Source of the DNA: Prochlorococcus sp. AH-716-I09
Lineage (GTDB): Bacteria > Cyanobacteriota > Cyanobacteriia > PCC-6307 > Cyanobiaceae
Length of the DNA: 58,274 bases
Reading direction: 5' to 3'
Assembly: GCA_028409275.1 (NCBI GenBank)
Contig: JAOOML010000001.1
Span: 1-58,274, forward strand
Shown: piece after piece, positions 20,088 to 30,541 of the stretch
Numbering within the stretch: the stretch's first letter is position 1
How the letters are laid out: each line of letters starts with the position of its first letter
The notes under the pieces: generated by a model
Databases searched by the model: none
What the model was told of the DNA's origin: nothing
The model's input: only the letters and a program-made list of their open reading frames with translations
Position numbers and translations under genes: made by a program

Positions 20088-21389
20088 CTAAAGATTTTCT
20101 AGGATTTGCCTTATGATCCAGTAACTTTTTTCTAATTGATCATCTGTTATACAGAGAGGCGGCAAGAGGTAAATAACATTCCCGAGAGGCCTAATGAATA
20201 AACCTTGCTCCATTGCAAGACTCTTTATTTCTTTCCCAATATTATTGAAATAACCTTTTTTGTTCCCAATATCTAAATCGAAGGCAGCAATTGTGCCGGA
20301 TACCCTTACCTTTTTTATATAAGGTAAGTTTTTAAATTTAATTAAATGAGATAAATGTTTTTCTTCAAATGAAAGGTATTTTTGTGGTTCTTTTTCTAAT
20401 AAATCAAGGCTAGCGTTTGCTGCAGCACAACCTAAAGGATTTGCAGTAAAACTATGTCCATGCCAAAAAGTTTTTTTTGGGGAATCATCAATAAAGGATT
20501 GAAAAATTTTTTCTTTACATAAAGTTATTCCCATCGGTAAAAATCCACCAGTTAAACCTTTTGAAATACTTATTAAATCAGGAATGATTTTTGCCTTTTG
20601 AAACGCAAAAAGGCTCCCACATCTTCCAAACCCAGTCAATACTTCATCGGCAATTAACAAAGAATTATTATTTTTTATAATTTCTGAAACTTTTTTTATA
20701 AACTGAGGCCTAACCATATTCATCCCTCCTGCTCCTTGAACAAGTGGCTCAAGGATTACTGCCACTGTGGGAGTTTTAAGTAGATTTTCTAATTTTTGAA
20801 TCGCCTCATTTTCTTTATTTTCTACTTTTTCATCGTTCATCCAAGTTGAAGGCCATGGGACTCTTCTAACTGGGAACATAAGATTATCGAAGTTCTCATT
20901 AAAAATATTTCTTTCACCTAAAGCCATTGCTCCAAATGTATCACCATGATAGGCGCCATCAAAAGCTACTATTTGAGTTCTTGTCTCTCCTCTATTTTGC
21001 CATGATTGGAAGGCAATTTTTAAAGCGACTTCCACTGCAGTAGAACCGTTATCAGAAAAGAATAATCTTTCTAGTTTTGTTAATTCACTAAGTCTTTCCG
21101 CTAATTTTTTTGCCTGTGGATGTAAGAAATCAGCAAATATAACTTGCTCAAGTTTTTTTGATTGATCAAAAATGGCATCCGCAATATATTCGTTACTATG
21201 ACCGTGAAGAGTTACCCACCAACTACTAATTGCATCTATTAGTTCTTTTTCAGGATCTTTAGTAAATAGGAGGGCATCTTTACCATGAGTTACTTCTATT
21301 TGCGGTTTGCTGTTATTAATTTGTGTAAAAGGTGGCCAAATATTTGGGTGCCAATCTTGATTTGGAGTTTTTGAATCCAAAGATTTCAT
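20088..21389 (-). CDS. bioA: Adenosylmethionine-8-amino-7-oxononanoate aminotransferase
   Basis: WPPFTQ, SSWWVTLHGH, YHGDTFGAM, DEVLTGFGR and SKGLTGG (PLP lysine). Confidence 0.96.
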   Translation of the reverse strand: MKSLDSKTPNQDWHPNIWPPFTQINNSKPQIEVTHGKDALLFTKDPEKELIDAISSWWVTLHGHSNEYIADAIFDQSKKLEQVIFADFLHPQAKKLAERLSELTKLERLFFSDNGSTAVEVALKIAFQSWQNRGETRTQIVAFDGAYHGDTFGAMALGERNIFNENFDNLMFPVRRVPWPSTWMNDEKVENKENEAIQKLENLLKTPTVAVILEPLVQGAGGMNMVRPQFIKKVSEIIKNNNSLLIADEVLTGFGRCGSLFAFQKAKIIPDLISISKGLTGGFLPMGITLCKEKIFQSFIDDSPKKTFWHGHSFTANPLGCAAANASLDLLEKEPQKYLSFEEKHLSHLIKFKNLPYIKKVRVSGTIAAFDLDIGNKKGYFNNIGKEIKSLAMEQGLFIRPLGNVIYLLPPLCITDDQLEKSYWIIRQILENL

Positions 21390-22055
21390 TTAACTTATTT
21401 TTGAGTTTAATAGTGAGATCAACTTATTCTTGATGTTTAATTCTTTCCATAGTATATCTAAATTATTTGAGTCCAATTTTTTGATGTAAGGAAATTCAGC
21501 TATTAAAGGAATACCACTAAAATCAACTAGAGTTTTTGGATTATCTAGATGTTTTTCGCCGTTCACTACTAAACCTAAAATCTCAATATTTCTTCGTTTT
21601 AAGGCCTCAATACTAAGCAGGGTATGGTTAAGAGTGCCAAGTGAGCTCTTACATACAAGTATTACCGGAAGATTCCATTGTTTTATTTGATCTATTTGCA
21701 AAAAATTGCGTGTTATTGGAACCATTAATCCACCTGCAGTTTCTACAATTAGTGAGCCTTGCACATTTGGTAATCTCAACTTGTCAAAGTTAATAGCTTT
21801 TTGATCTATTTCAGCAGCCCAATGAGGAGATAGAGGTTTTGTAAAGACATAAGCTTCTTTGATTATTTTCTCTTTACTTACGTGTGCAAGTTTTTCAACA
21901 GTTTGACTATCAGTTTGCGATTCAATACCACTTTGAATAGGCTTCCAATAAAAGGAATTTAATCCTTTAACGAAAAAAGAGCTTATTAAAGTTTTCCCAA
22001 TATCAGTATCTGTTCCACAAATTATAAATTTGAAAATATTATTGTGACTACTCAT
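21390..22055 (-). CDS. bioD: Dethiobiotin synthase
   Basis: GTDTDIGKT, KPIQSG, SPH, VETAGGLMVP and LGTLNHTLL. Confidence 0.96.
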   Translation of the reverse strand: MSSHNNIFKFIICGTDTDIGKTLISSFFVKGLNSFYWKPIQSGIESQTDSQTVEKLAHVSKEKIIKEAYVFTKPLSPHWAAEIDQKAINFDKLRLPNVQGSLIVETAGGLMVPITRNFLQIDQIKQWNLPVILVCKSSLGTLNHTLLSIEALKRRNIEILGLVVNGEKHLDNPKTLVDFSGIPLIAEFPYIKKLDSNNLDILWKELNIKNKLISLLNSKIS

Positions 22056-22813
22056 AATTTCTTTATAATTTGAATCTCAATTTGCCATGAAAGATTTACT
22101 GTATTATTGTAGTTCTTTGGCCAAAACTTTTGAATTTCCTTTAACTCTTTCACTGTTTTGGGTTTACAATTTGTTGATTGTGCACCTACATTTTTAATGC
22201 TTCTAAAAAGCTTATACACATCTTCAAAATTTTCAAGATAATTAAACTGTTTTGAATAATGTATTTCAGTTGATTTGAAATCTTTTAATAATTCTTTAGA
22301 GCAAAGAAAATTAAGGCCACTATAGTCAATATCAATTTTTTTACAAGTATCTTTCCATTCAGGAAAACAATCTATTGTTGGATATGAAATGATTAAAAAA
22401 CCTCCAGATGTTAATTTGCTAAACCAATTTTTTATTATCTTTTCTGGGTTGTTTAACCAATGTATGCAAAAGTTAGATGTTAATAGAGCACAGTTATTTA
22501 TTTCAGGAGGTAAATCATTATTCAAATCCCATAAAATTTTTTTTCTAGATAATTTATTCTCAAGAAGCATTTTCTTGCTGAAATCAATTCTGGATACTTT
22601 TTGGGGAGAAAAATTTTTTTCTATTTCATCTGCTAATAGTCCTGGTCCTGATCCTAGATCTATCCATTCACCTTTTTTTTGGGGATTTAATTCTTTGATA
22701 AATTGAACAATCTTTTTTGCAAAAAATTTCTGAATATTTGAATGCTCTAAATACCGATATGCAGCATCATTGAAATTATTTTTTATTTTCTCATTCCACT
22801 TTTTACTATCCAT
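22052..22813 (-). CDS. bioC: BioC-like SAM-dependent methyltransferase (malonyl-ACP O-methyltransferase)
   Basis: F-x-x-AAYRY, DLGSGPG, SNFCIHW and IKNVGA; located inside the bio cluster. Alternative TTG start at 22822. Confidence 0.8.
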   Translation of the reverse strand: MDSKKWNEKIKNNFNDAAYRYLEHSNIQKFFAKKIVQFIKELNPQKKGEWIDLGSGPGLLADEIEKNFSPQKVSRIDFSKKMLLENKLSRKKILWDLNNDLPPEINNCALLTSNFCIHWLNNPEKIIKNWFSKLTSGGFLIISYPTIDCFPEWKDTCKKIDIDYSGLNFLCSKELLKDFKSTEIHYSKQFNYLENFEDVYKLFRSIKNVGAQSTNCKPKTVKELKEIQKFWPKNYNNTVNLSWQIEIQIIKKL

Positions 22814-22814
22814 T

Positions 22815-23519
22815 TCAATCATTAAGTGTATTAAGTAAGATCTTGTATAAATTTAAATTTTTCAAGCAATGACCTTGTTGAGGTAATTTAATTAAAATTG
22901 GCTTCCTATCAAGTGTTTTACTTAAGGAATCTAAAAAGTTATTATTTGATTCGTTGTCAAGAATCAAATCATTTTCTGATTTTATAAAAATAATTTTGCA
23001 ATCTTTTCTTAAAAATACTGGAAAATCTCTATTGATGTAAAGTTGTTTTAAATCACTTAAAAGAAGAGTTTTATTTAAACTCTCTAGACTTTTTAAAAAG
23101 ATATTTTTAAAACTATTATTCATATTATTTGGCATAAATGATCTATGTATAAATTCTTTTAACATATCCTTAGGTTCATCTTTTATGATTTTTGTTTCCA
23201 TTCTTTTTAGAGACCTTAAAATAAAGTTTCTCTTATTACTTAAAGGAAGAAAATTATTAAAAGAATTTATAAGAACAATATGAGTTGCTTCTTTTAAAAT
23301 TTTTTTTTGCATTAAATGAAAACCAAATGAATGGCATAAAATCATTCTGATTTCTTTTTTAGATTCGCTTTTAATCCATTTTGCTTGATAATTATTTGTC
23401 GAAAAATAGCCCCTTTCATTATCTTGCCAATGCCAATTATTTTTTAAAAAGTCAACTTTATAATCATCCCAGAAATATTTATTTAGTCCCCACCCATGTT
23501 GAGTAATAATTTGTTTCAT
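22815..23519 (-). CDS. bioK: Alpha/beta hydrolase, probable pimeloyl-ACP methyl ester esterase (BioK type)
   Basis: HGWG oxyanion motif, CHSFG nucleophile elbow, NDLIL aspartate and QGH histidine. It sits between bioF and bioC, in the bioH position. Confidence 0.72.
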   Translation of the reverse strand: MKQIITQHGWGLNKYFWDDYKVDFLKNNWHWQDNERGYFSTNNYQAKWIKSESKKEIRMILCHSFGFHLMQKKILKEATHIVLINSFNNFLPLSNKRNFILRSLKRMETKIIKDEPKDMLKEFIHRSFMPNNMNNSFKNIFLKSLESLNKTLLLSDLKQLYINRDFPVFLRKDCKIIFIKSENDLILDNESNNNFLDSLSKTLDRKPILIKLPQQGHCLKNLNLYKILLNTLND

Positions 23520-24655
23520 TTAAACTCTTTTAAAACTGCAATGAAATTCTTTAGCAGATTAAAATCTAAGTTTCTCCGTATTGTTATTCTGATTCTTGAT
23601 TGCCCCACTGGAACAGTTGGAGGTCTTATCGCAATTGCTAAAAACCCATTTTCTTCGAGATATTTTTGTAGATAAATTGCCTTCTCTTCTTGGCCAACAA
23701 TAATTGATAAAATGTGAGAATCTCCCTGAACTGGAAAACTAAAATTTTTAATAATTTCATCTTTCCATACATTCGCAGAAGATAATAAATCATTACCCCA
23801 TTCTTTATTTTCTAAAATTTTTTTTAAACCTTCTAGCGCCCCAGCAGCTAAAGATGGAGCAAGTGCGGTCGTATACCTAAATGCACCACTTGTTTGGATA
23901 AGATATTCTCCAATTTCTGAATTGGCAGCTATGAAAGCTCCACCGCTTCCAAATGCTTTTCCAAAAGTTCCAGTAATCATAGTTATATCTGAACGATAAT
24001 TAAAACTTAAACCCCTACCTTCAGGGCCCAAGATCCCAATTGCATGAGCTTCGTCAACTAATAAATGAACACTATTTTTTTTGCAAATTTCCGTTATTTC
24101 TCTGAGCGGCGCAATTGATCCCTCCATGCTATAAAGAGATTCAACAACAACTAAAATTGAATTTTTTGCGGGGTTAGATTTAATGATTTTATCTTCTAAA
24201 TCTTTTAAATTATTGTGTGAAAATCGAACCAGTTTTGCTTGAGCAGCTTTGACTCCAACCAATAAAGAGTTATGGATCAATTTATCTGCTACTACGATAC
24301 TATTTCTGTTTGCTAAAGCCTGGATAGCGGCTATATTTGCTTGAAATCCGCTTGGGAAAAGTAATACTTTCTCTTGATCAAGCCACTTGGCAAGTTCTGT
24401 TTCTAATAATTTATGTATTGGTCTTGAACCTGTAATAAACCTAGAGCTTCCTGAACCAATACCTTCTAACAAGCTTATTTCGTAAGCAGCTTTTATTAAA
24501 TCCTTGTCCCTACTTAATCCAAAATAATCATTACTGCATAAGTCTATAAGTTTTTTATTTTGCGAATTTAAACTTAGAAGTTCGAATGATTTTTTACCTA
24601 AAGAAAATGTTTTTAATTTACGGATTCTATTTTTTGGAATTTTTACTTTTTTCAT
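23516..24655 (-). CDS. bioF: 8-amino-7-oxononanoate synthase
   Basis: SNDYFGL, GSGSSRF, ESLYSMEG, DEAHA, GTFGKAFG and AIRPPTVP. Confidence 0.96.
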   Translation of the reverse strand: MKKVKIPKNRIRKLKTFSLGKKSFELLSLNSQNKKLIDLCSNDYFGLSRDKDLIKAAYEISLLEGIGSGSSRFITGSRPIHKLLETELAKWLDQEKVLLFPSGFQANIAAIQALANRNSIVVADKLIHNSLLVGVKAAQAKLVRFSHNNLKDLEDKIIKSNPAKNSILVVVESLYSMEGSIAPLREITEICKKNSVHLLVDEAHAIGILGPEGRGLSFNYRSDITMITGTFGKAFGSGGAFIAANSEIGEYLIQTSGAFRYTTALAPSLAAGALEGLKKILENKEWGNDLLSSANVWKDEIIKNFSFPVQGDSHILSIIVGQEEKAIYLQKYLEENGFLAIAIRPPTVPVGQSRIRITIRRNLDFNLLKNFIAVLKEFK

Positions 24656-24794
24656 TTTGGCAAAATTAAATATAGTGGATTTAATTAAAAAGATTTAGAT
24701 TTACTATTAAAGTTTGCAAGGTATTTTTTGTTTATTAATATTTATATAGATCATATATTAAGAAGTTAACTCATCCTCTCTTCAATCACAATTA

Positions 24795-27521
24795 TTGCTT
24801 AATTTAGAGGAATATTTCCCCTTTCCGCTAGATGATTTCCAATTAGAAGCAATACGAGCTATTAATAGCGGAAATTCTGTTGTTTTAACAGCACCAACAG
24901 GTTCGGGTAAAACATTGATAGGTGAATTTGCTATATATAGAGGCTTATCTCATGAAAGCAGAGTTTTTTATACAACACCTTTAAAGGCCCTGTCAAACCA
25001 AAAGTTTAGAGATTTTGCTAATCAATATGGTGAGAATAAAGTTGGTCTTTTAACTGGAGATATAAGCATAAATAGAGAAGCACCAATCTTAGTCATGACG
25101 ACTGAGATTTTTAGGAACATGCTTTATGGCGAATTTGATGAATTTGATGATCCCTTAGAAAATTTAGAATCTGTGATTCTTGATGAATGTCATTATATGA
25201 ATGACCCCCAAAGAGGCACAGTTTGGGAAGAAACTATAATCCATTGCCCTACTAGAACTCAAATAATAGCTTTATCAGCAACAATAGCCAATGCAGATCA
25301 ATTACAAAATTGGATTGAAAAAGTTCATGGCCCCACTGTACTAATTAATAGTGATAAGAGACCAGTACCACTTGATTTTATTTTTTGTAGTGTTAAAGGC
25401 CTCCATCCACTTTTAAATAATAAGGGTAATGGAATTCATCCAAACTGTAAGATTTGGAGAGCTCCTAAAGGTCAGAAAATAAGAGGAAAAGTGGGCAGGA
25501 TAATGCAACCAAAGTCTCCCTCAATTGGCTTTGTGATCTCGAAACTAGCTGAACGAAATATGTTGCCAGCTATTTATTTTATTTTTAGTAGAAGAGGATG
25601 TGACAAGGCTATTGAGAATATAAAAGATTTAACTTTAGTAAGTTATTCAGAAGCAAGTATGATATCCCAAAAATTAGATGTTTATCTTAAAAATAATCAG
25701 GAAGCAATTAAAGATAAATCTCAATGCGAGGCATTAAAACGGGGTATTGCATCTCATCATGCTGGATTATTGCCTGCATGGAAAGAATTGGTTGAGGAAT
25801 TATTTCAGCAAGGTTTAATAAAAGTTGTTTTTGCAACTGAAACTCTTGCTGCAGGAATAAATATGCCCGCAAGAACAACTGTTATTTCTTCTTTATCAAA
25901 AAGGACAGAAGATGGACATAGATTATTATTTAGCAGTGAATTTTTGCAAATGTCAGGAAGAGCTGGAAGAAGAGGAAAAGATACCCAAGGATATGTTGTT
26001 ACATTACAAACAAGATTCGAAGGTGCCAAAGAAGCAAGTGCACTGGCTATTAGCAAACCAAATTCTTTAGAAAGTCAATTCACTCCTAGCTATGGAATGG
26101 TACTTAATCTTTTACAAAGTTATACTTTAGAGAAGTCCAAAGAATTAGTTAAAAGAAGTTTTGGTAGTTTTTTATATTTAGGTGAATCATCTGGTGAGAA
26201 TATAATTCTTGAAAATTTAGATAAGGATTTAATTGAATTAAAAAAAATTACATCTAACGTTTCATGGAAAGATTTTGATGCATACGAAAAGTTAAAAAAT
26301 CGTCTTAAAGAAGAGAGAAGACTCTTGAAAATTTTAGAAAAACAATCAGCAGAAAAATTATCAGAAGAGATAACTAATGCACTCCCATATATTAAAGATG
26401 GAAGCTTAATTTCAATCAAAGCTCCTCAAATTAAAAGAAAAATTGTTCCTGGATTAATTTGTAAGAAAATATATGAATCCCAAAAAATTAAGAGTTTATT
26501 GTGTTTGACAATTGATAATTTATTTATTCTTATAAAACCCTCATACATAGTAAGTATTTTTAATGATTTGGATGCAATTGATGTCTTAGGACTTGAAGTG
26601 CCAAAGATGTACTTTTCTGGAGAGGTATTTAGGGGAGATGATATGTCGCAGTGTTATGCGGATCGAATTTTAGAAGTTTCTAAAAAAAATGATTTACAAA
26701 CTCCACAATATGATTTGACAACGGAAGTTTTGGCACAACAGCAACAAATTAATAATTTAGAAGAAACAGTTACTGATCATCCTGCACACAGATTTGGAGA
26801 CTCCAAGAAATTAAAGAAATATAGAAAAAGAATTATTGATGTTGAACAAGAAATAAATATTAGAAAAAAACTTCTTGAGGATAAAGAAAATCATAACTGG
26901 AGAACCTTTACCGATTTGATTAAAATTTTGAATCATTTTGGTTGTTTAAATGATTTGGAATTGACAGAAGTTGGACAAACAGTTGGTGCAATAAGAAGTG
27001 AAAATGAATTATGGATTGGTCTTGTTTTAATTAGTGGTTATTTAGACGATTTAGATCCTCCTGAGTTAGCTGCAATTATTCAAGCTATATGTGTTGATGT
27101 AAGGAGGCCTAATCTTTGGTGTAATTTCAAGCCTTCTTTAAAGGTAATAGATGTTTTTAATGAATTAGATGGTTTAAGAAAATTGGTCTCTTTTCAACAA
27201 AATAAGTTTCATATTGAAATTCCTATCTATTTAGAAACAGAGTTGACTGGAATTATTTCTGAATGGGCAAGAGGAAAAAAATGGAAAGATTTAGTTTTTA
27301 ATACTTCATTAGATGAAGGAGATGTAGTGAGGATTATTAGAAGATCAATTGATGTCCTTTCTCAAGTGCAATACTGTATTGGTGTTAGTAATAAATTAAA
27401 AAGCAAAGCTAAGCTAGCATTAAAAGCTATTAATCGGTTTCCTGTTTCTGAATCTAATGATCTTATAAAAGTCTCTGAAGATATTAATCCTGCAACAAAA
27501 AGAATTGACAATAATTCTTAA
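24795..27521 (+). CDS. Ski2/HelY-like DExH-box RNA helicase
   Basis: APTGSGKT, PLKALSNQK, DECH, SAT, ATETLAAGINMP and QMSGRAGRRG motifs; C-terminal DSHCT-like DEGDVVR. Confidence 0.92.
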   Translation: MLNLEEYFPFPLDDFQLEAIRAINSGNSVVLTAPTGSGKTLIGEFAIYRGLSHESRVFYTTPLKALSNQKFRDFANQYGENKVGLLTGDISINREAPILVMTTEIFRNMLYGEFDEFDDPLENLESVILDECHYMNDPQRGTVWEETIIHCPTRTQIIALSATIANADQLQNWIEKVHGPTVLINSDKRPVPLDFIFCSVKGLHPLLNNKGNGIHPNCKIWRAPKGQKIRGKVGRIMQPKSPSIGFVISKLAERNMLPAIYFIFSRRGCDKAIENIKDLTLVSYSEASMISQKLDVYLKNNQEAIKDKSQCEALKRGIASHHAGLLPAWKELVEELFQQGLIKVVFATETLAAGINMPARTTVISSLSKRTEDGHRLLFSSEFLQMSGRAGRRGKDTQGYVVTLQTRFEGAKEASALAISKPNSLESQFTPSYGMVLNLLQSYTLEKSKELVKRSFGSFLYLGESSGENIILENLDKDLIELKKITSNVSWKDFDAYEKLKNRLKEERRLLKILEKQSAEKLSEEITNALPYIKDGSLISIKAPQIKRKIVPGLICKKIYESQKIKSLLCLTIDNLFILIKPSYIVSIFNDLDAIDVLGLEVPKMYFSGEVFRGDDMSQCYADRILEVSKKNDLQTPQYDLTTEVLAQQQQINNLEETVTDHPAHRFGDSKKLKKYRKRIIDVEQEINIRKKLLEDKENHNWRTFTDLIKILNHFGCLNDLELTEVGQTVGAIRSENELWIGLVLISGYLDDLDPPELAAIIQAICVDVRRPNLWCNFKPSLKVIDVFNELDGLRKLVSFQQNKFHIEIPIYLETELTGIISEWARGKKWKDLVFNTSLDEGDVVRIIRRSIDVLSQVQYCIGVSNKLKSKAKLALKAINRFPVSESNDLIKVSEDINPATKRIDNNS

Positions 27522-27530
27522 ATTTTTTAA

Positions 27531-28916
27531 TCAAATCATTGAATTGATATTCATTGCTTCATCAAATTCATCTTCGTTTAAATAACCTAATTTAAGTGTT
27601 GCCTCTTTTAAATTTAATGACTCTTTGAAGGCAAGGTTTGCAATTTCAGCTGCTTTTTCATAACCAACTTTTGGCACTATGGCTGTAACCAACATTAGTG
27701 AATTTTCTAAATTTAACTTCATTTTCTTTTGATTAGGTTCCATCCCATCAACTAATTTTATTCTGAAGTTTTCGATTACATTTTTAAGTAATTTTAAACT
27801 TGTGAGAATATTAAATCCAATAAGAGGCTTATATTCATTCATCTGTAAAGTGCCGCTAGAATTTGCCATTGACACTGCATATTCAAGACCCATTATCTGA
27901 GTGCAAACCATTGATAAGGCTTCGCATTGAGTTGGATTCACTTTACCCGGCATGATAGAACTTCCAGGTTCATTTTGAGGAATAATTAGTTCATATATTC
28001 CTGATCTTGGACCAGAAGATAGAATTTTTATATCATTTGAAATTTTAAATAATGCACCTGCTAATATTTTTATCTGACTCATTACTTGAGCAAGACGATC
28101 ATGCGAGGCCATGATAGAAAAATTATTTTTTGATTTATAGAACATTAGATTAGTATCATCGGAAATTGATTTTATAGACTCTTCACAAAATCCTTTTGGA
28201 CAATTAATCCCTGTACCCACTGCAGTTCCTCCCAGAGGTAAGAAATACAATTCATTCAGACTCATAATAATTGCATTCTCAGCATCTTTAAGTTGCTCTG
28301 ACCATCCTGATAGTTCTTGCCCAAAGGTAAGGGGAACTGCATCTTGAAAATGGGTTCTTCCTATTTTTATAAGGTCTTTCCATTCTTCACTTTTTTTATC
28401 AAGGATCTTAGTAAGTTCTCTGATCGTTGGAACTAAATTTTTGATTATTTCATTAACGACAGATATTTGAATAGCAGCAGGAAAAGTGTCATTAGTTGAC
28501 TGAGATTTATTTACATCATCATTCGGATGAATTGGTTGATGACTACCAAGCTCTGAATTAGTTTTTAAAGCTGCAATATTTGAAATTACCTCATTTACAT
28601 TCATATTTGTTTGCGTACCACTACCTGTTTGCCAAACCTTTAAGGGAAACTGTGAATCGTGAAGCCCATCAAGTATTTCCGTACATGCCTCTACAATCAA
28701 ATCTTTTTTCCTTTTATCTATTAAACCTAAATTGAAATTCGCAATTGAAGCAGCTTTTTTTATGAGGGTGAGTGAATAAATTAACTCAATTGGAATTAAT
28801 TCTTCTCCAATAGAAAAATTTATTATCGATCTTTGTGTTTGAGCACCCCACAAAGCTTCCATGGGAACCTCTATTGTTCCCATACTATCTTTTTCAATCC
28901 TAAAGTTTTTTGTCAT
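27531..28916 (-). CDS. fumC: Class II fumarate hydratase
   Basis: RIEKDSMG, TGSGTQTNMN, GRTHFQDA and GSSIMPGKVNP. Confidence 0.97.
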   Translation of the reverse strand: MTKNFRIEKDSMGTIEVPMEALWGAQTQRSIINFSIGEELIPIELIYSLTLIKKAASIANFNLGLIDKRKKDLIVEACTEILDGLHDSQFPLKVWQTGSGTQTNMNVNEVISNIAALKTNSELGSHQPIHPNDDVNKSQSTNDTFPAAIQISVVNEIIKNLVPTIRELTKILDKKSEEWKDLIKIGRTHFQDAVPLTFGQELSGWSEQLKDAENAIIMSLNELYFLPLGGTAVGTGINCPKGFCEESIKSISDDTNLMFYKSKNNFSIMASHDRLAQVMSQIKILAGALFKISNDIKILSSGPRSGIYELIIPQNEPGSSIMPGKVNPTQCEALSMVCTQIMGLEYAVSMANSSGTLQMNEYKPLIGFNILTSLKLLKNVIENFRIKLVDGMEPNQKKMKLNLENSLMLVTAIVPKVGYEKAAEIANLAFKESLNLKEATLKLGYLNEDEFDEAMNINSMI

Positions 28917-28964
28917 TATTCCTCTGAAAACACTGGTTTAACTTAGATAAGGTTTTCAGTAATC

Positions 28965-30260
28965 CTAGATACCTAACTTCTCCCATATTACACTTAAATT
29001 ATTGAGATGAATTGAAGGATTAAAACATTCTTCTAAGTCACTTTGATCAATAAAATCCATTATTTCATTATCTCTCTCTATATTTTGTTTGAAATTCCCA
29101 TTCTGAGTATTCCAGGCCTGATGCGCATTTTTTTGTACTAAGCTATAAGCTTTTTCTCTAGACAAGCCCTTATCTACAAGCAAAAGCAAAACTTTTTGAC
29201 TAAAGATTACACCACCATATATATTTAAATTTTTGAGCATATTTTTTGGATAAACCTCCAAATTGCTCACTATATCTTTCATTTCCCTGAGCATAAAATG
29301 CAAGCAGATTGATACGTCAGGTAACATGATACGTTCATTTGAACTATGGCTTATATCTCTTTCGTGCCAAAGTGGAACATTTTCCAGTGCTGTTAAGACG
29401 TAACTCCTCAAAATTCTTGCTAAACCGCTTACTCTTTCACTTCGAATAGGATTTCTTTTATGAGGCATGGCAGAACTTCCTTTTTGCCCTTTAGTAAAGC
29501 CTTCCTCAACTTCTAAAACATCAGTTCTTTGTAAATTTCTTATTTCAGTTGCGAATCTATCTAAAGAAGCGCCAACTAGTGCAATAGTTTGCACATATTC
29601 TGCATGTCTGTCTCTAGATATAACCTGTGTACTTGCTGTATCTGGTTTTAAGCCTAGTAAATCACAAGTTATTTGTTCTACTTTAGGATTCGTATTAGCG
29701 TAAGTTCCCATTGCACCACTTATTTGTCCAATTGCTACAGAATCTTTGAGGGTTAACAATCTTTTTTTGTTCCTTATTATTTCTGCTAACCATCCAGCAA
29801 GTTTAAAACCGAAGGAAATTGGCTCCCCATGAATTGCATGAGATCTGCCAATCATTAATGTATTTTTATGCTGCCTTGCTAAAAATCTGACTTCAGTTTC
29901 AAGGTTCTCAATTTCTTCTAGTAACAATTCGCAAGAATCTTTTAACTGAAGAGATAAGCCAGTATCAAGTACATCACTACTGGTCATACCAACATGTATG
30001 TATCTTCCAGAATCTCCTACAAATTCATTAACGCTTGTAAGAAATGCTATGACATCATGTTTCACTTCTTTCTCAATTTCTGTAATTCTAGATTCATCAA
30101 ACTTTGCATTTGAACGTATCTCTTTCATAGCATTTTCAGGAATTTTTCCCAGGGAAAAATTTGCTTCACATGCAGCAATTTCAACTTTAAGCCAACTCTG
30201 GAATTTTGCGCTTTCAGTCCAGATCCCCCCCATTTCGGGTAATGTGTAACGCTCGATCAC
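28965..30260 (-). CDS. purB: Adenylosuccinate lyase
   Basis: MIERY, KHDVIAF, TSSD, GRSHAIH and GSSAMPHKRNP. Confidence 0.97.
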   Translation of the reverse strand: MIERYTLPEMGGIWTESAKFQSWLKVEIAACEANFSLGKIPENAMKEIRSNAKFDESRITEIEKEVKHDVIAFLTSVNEFVGDSGRYIHVGMTSSDVLDTGLSLQLKDSCELLLEEIENLETEVRFLARQHKNTLMIGRSHAIHGEPISFGFKLAGWLAEIIRNKKRLLTLKDSVAIGQISGAMGTYANTNPKVEQITCDLLGLKPDTASTQVISRDRHAEYVQTIALVGASLDRFATEIRNLQRTDVLEVEEGFTKGQKGSSAMPHKRNPIRSERVSGLARILRSYVLTALENVPLWHERDISHSSNERIMLPDVSICLHFMLREMKDIVSNLEVYPKNMLKNLNIYGGVIFSQKVLLLLVDKGLSREKAYSLVQKNAHQAWNTQNGNFKQNIERDNEIMDFIDQSDLEECFNPSIHLNNLSVIWEKLGI

Positions 30261-30541
30261 AATTTTTATTTATTATCAATTTAAACTTTATAACAAAATC
30301 GAATTATTGCCCTATACCTTTAAAGATGTACTTGCCATTGAACATATTTGCCTGATTATTATTTTCTTATGTAACATTTTTCTGGCTAATAAAGAAAGCT
30401 CAAATATAAAAATGTTTGCATATATTCCTTCGCTAATCATGGGTAATTTTTTAGTTCTAATTTAAAATTGAAAGGTATTAAAGAATTTGGATCTTAATCT
30501 TATAGAAGTTCATTATTCAGTCTTTTTTTATTGATTAATAG

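Noticed and set aside
24795-27521. Large helicase as an anti-phage defence component
   Set aside because: It is a Ski2/HelY-type housekeeping helicase in a core neighbourhood, with no nuclease or other defence partners.
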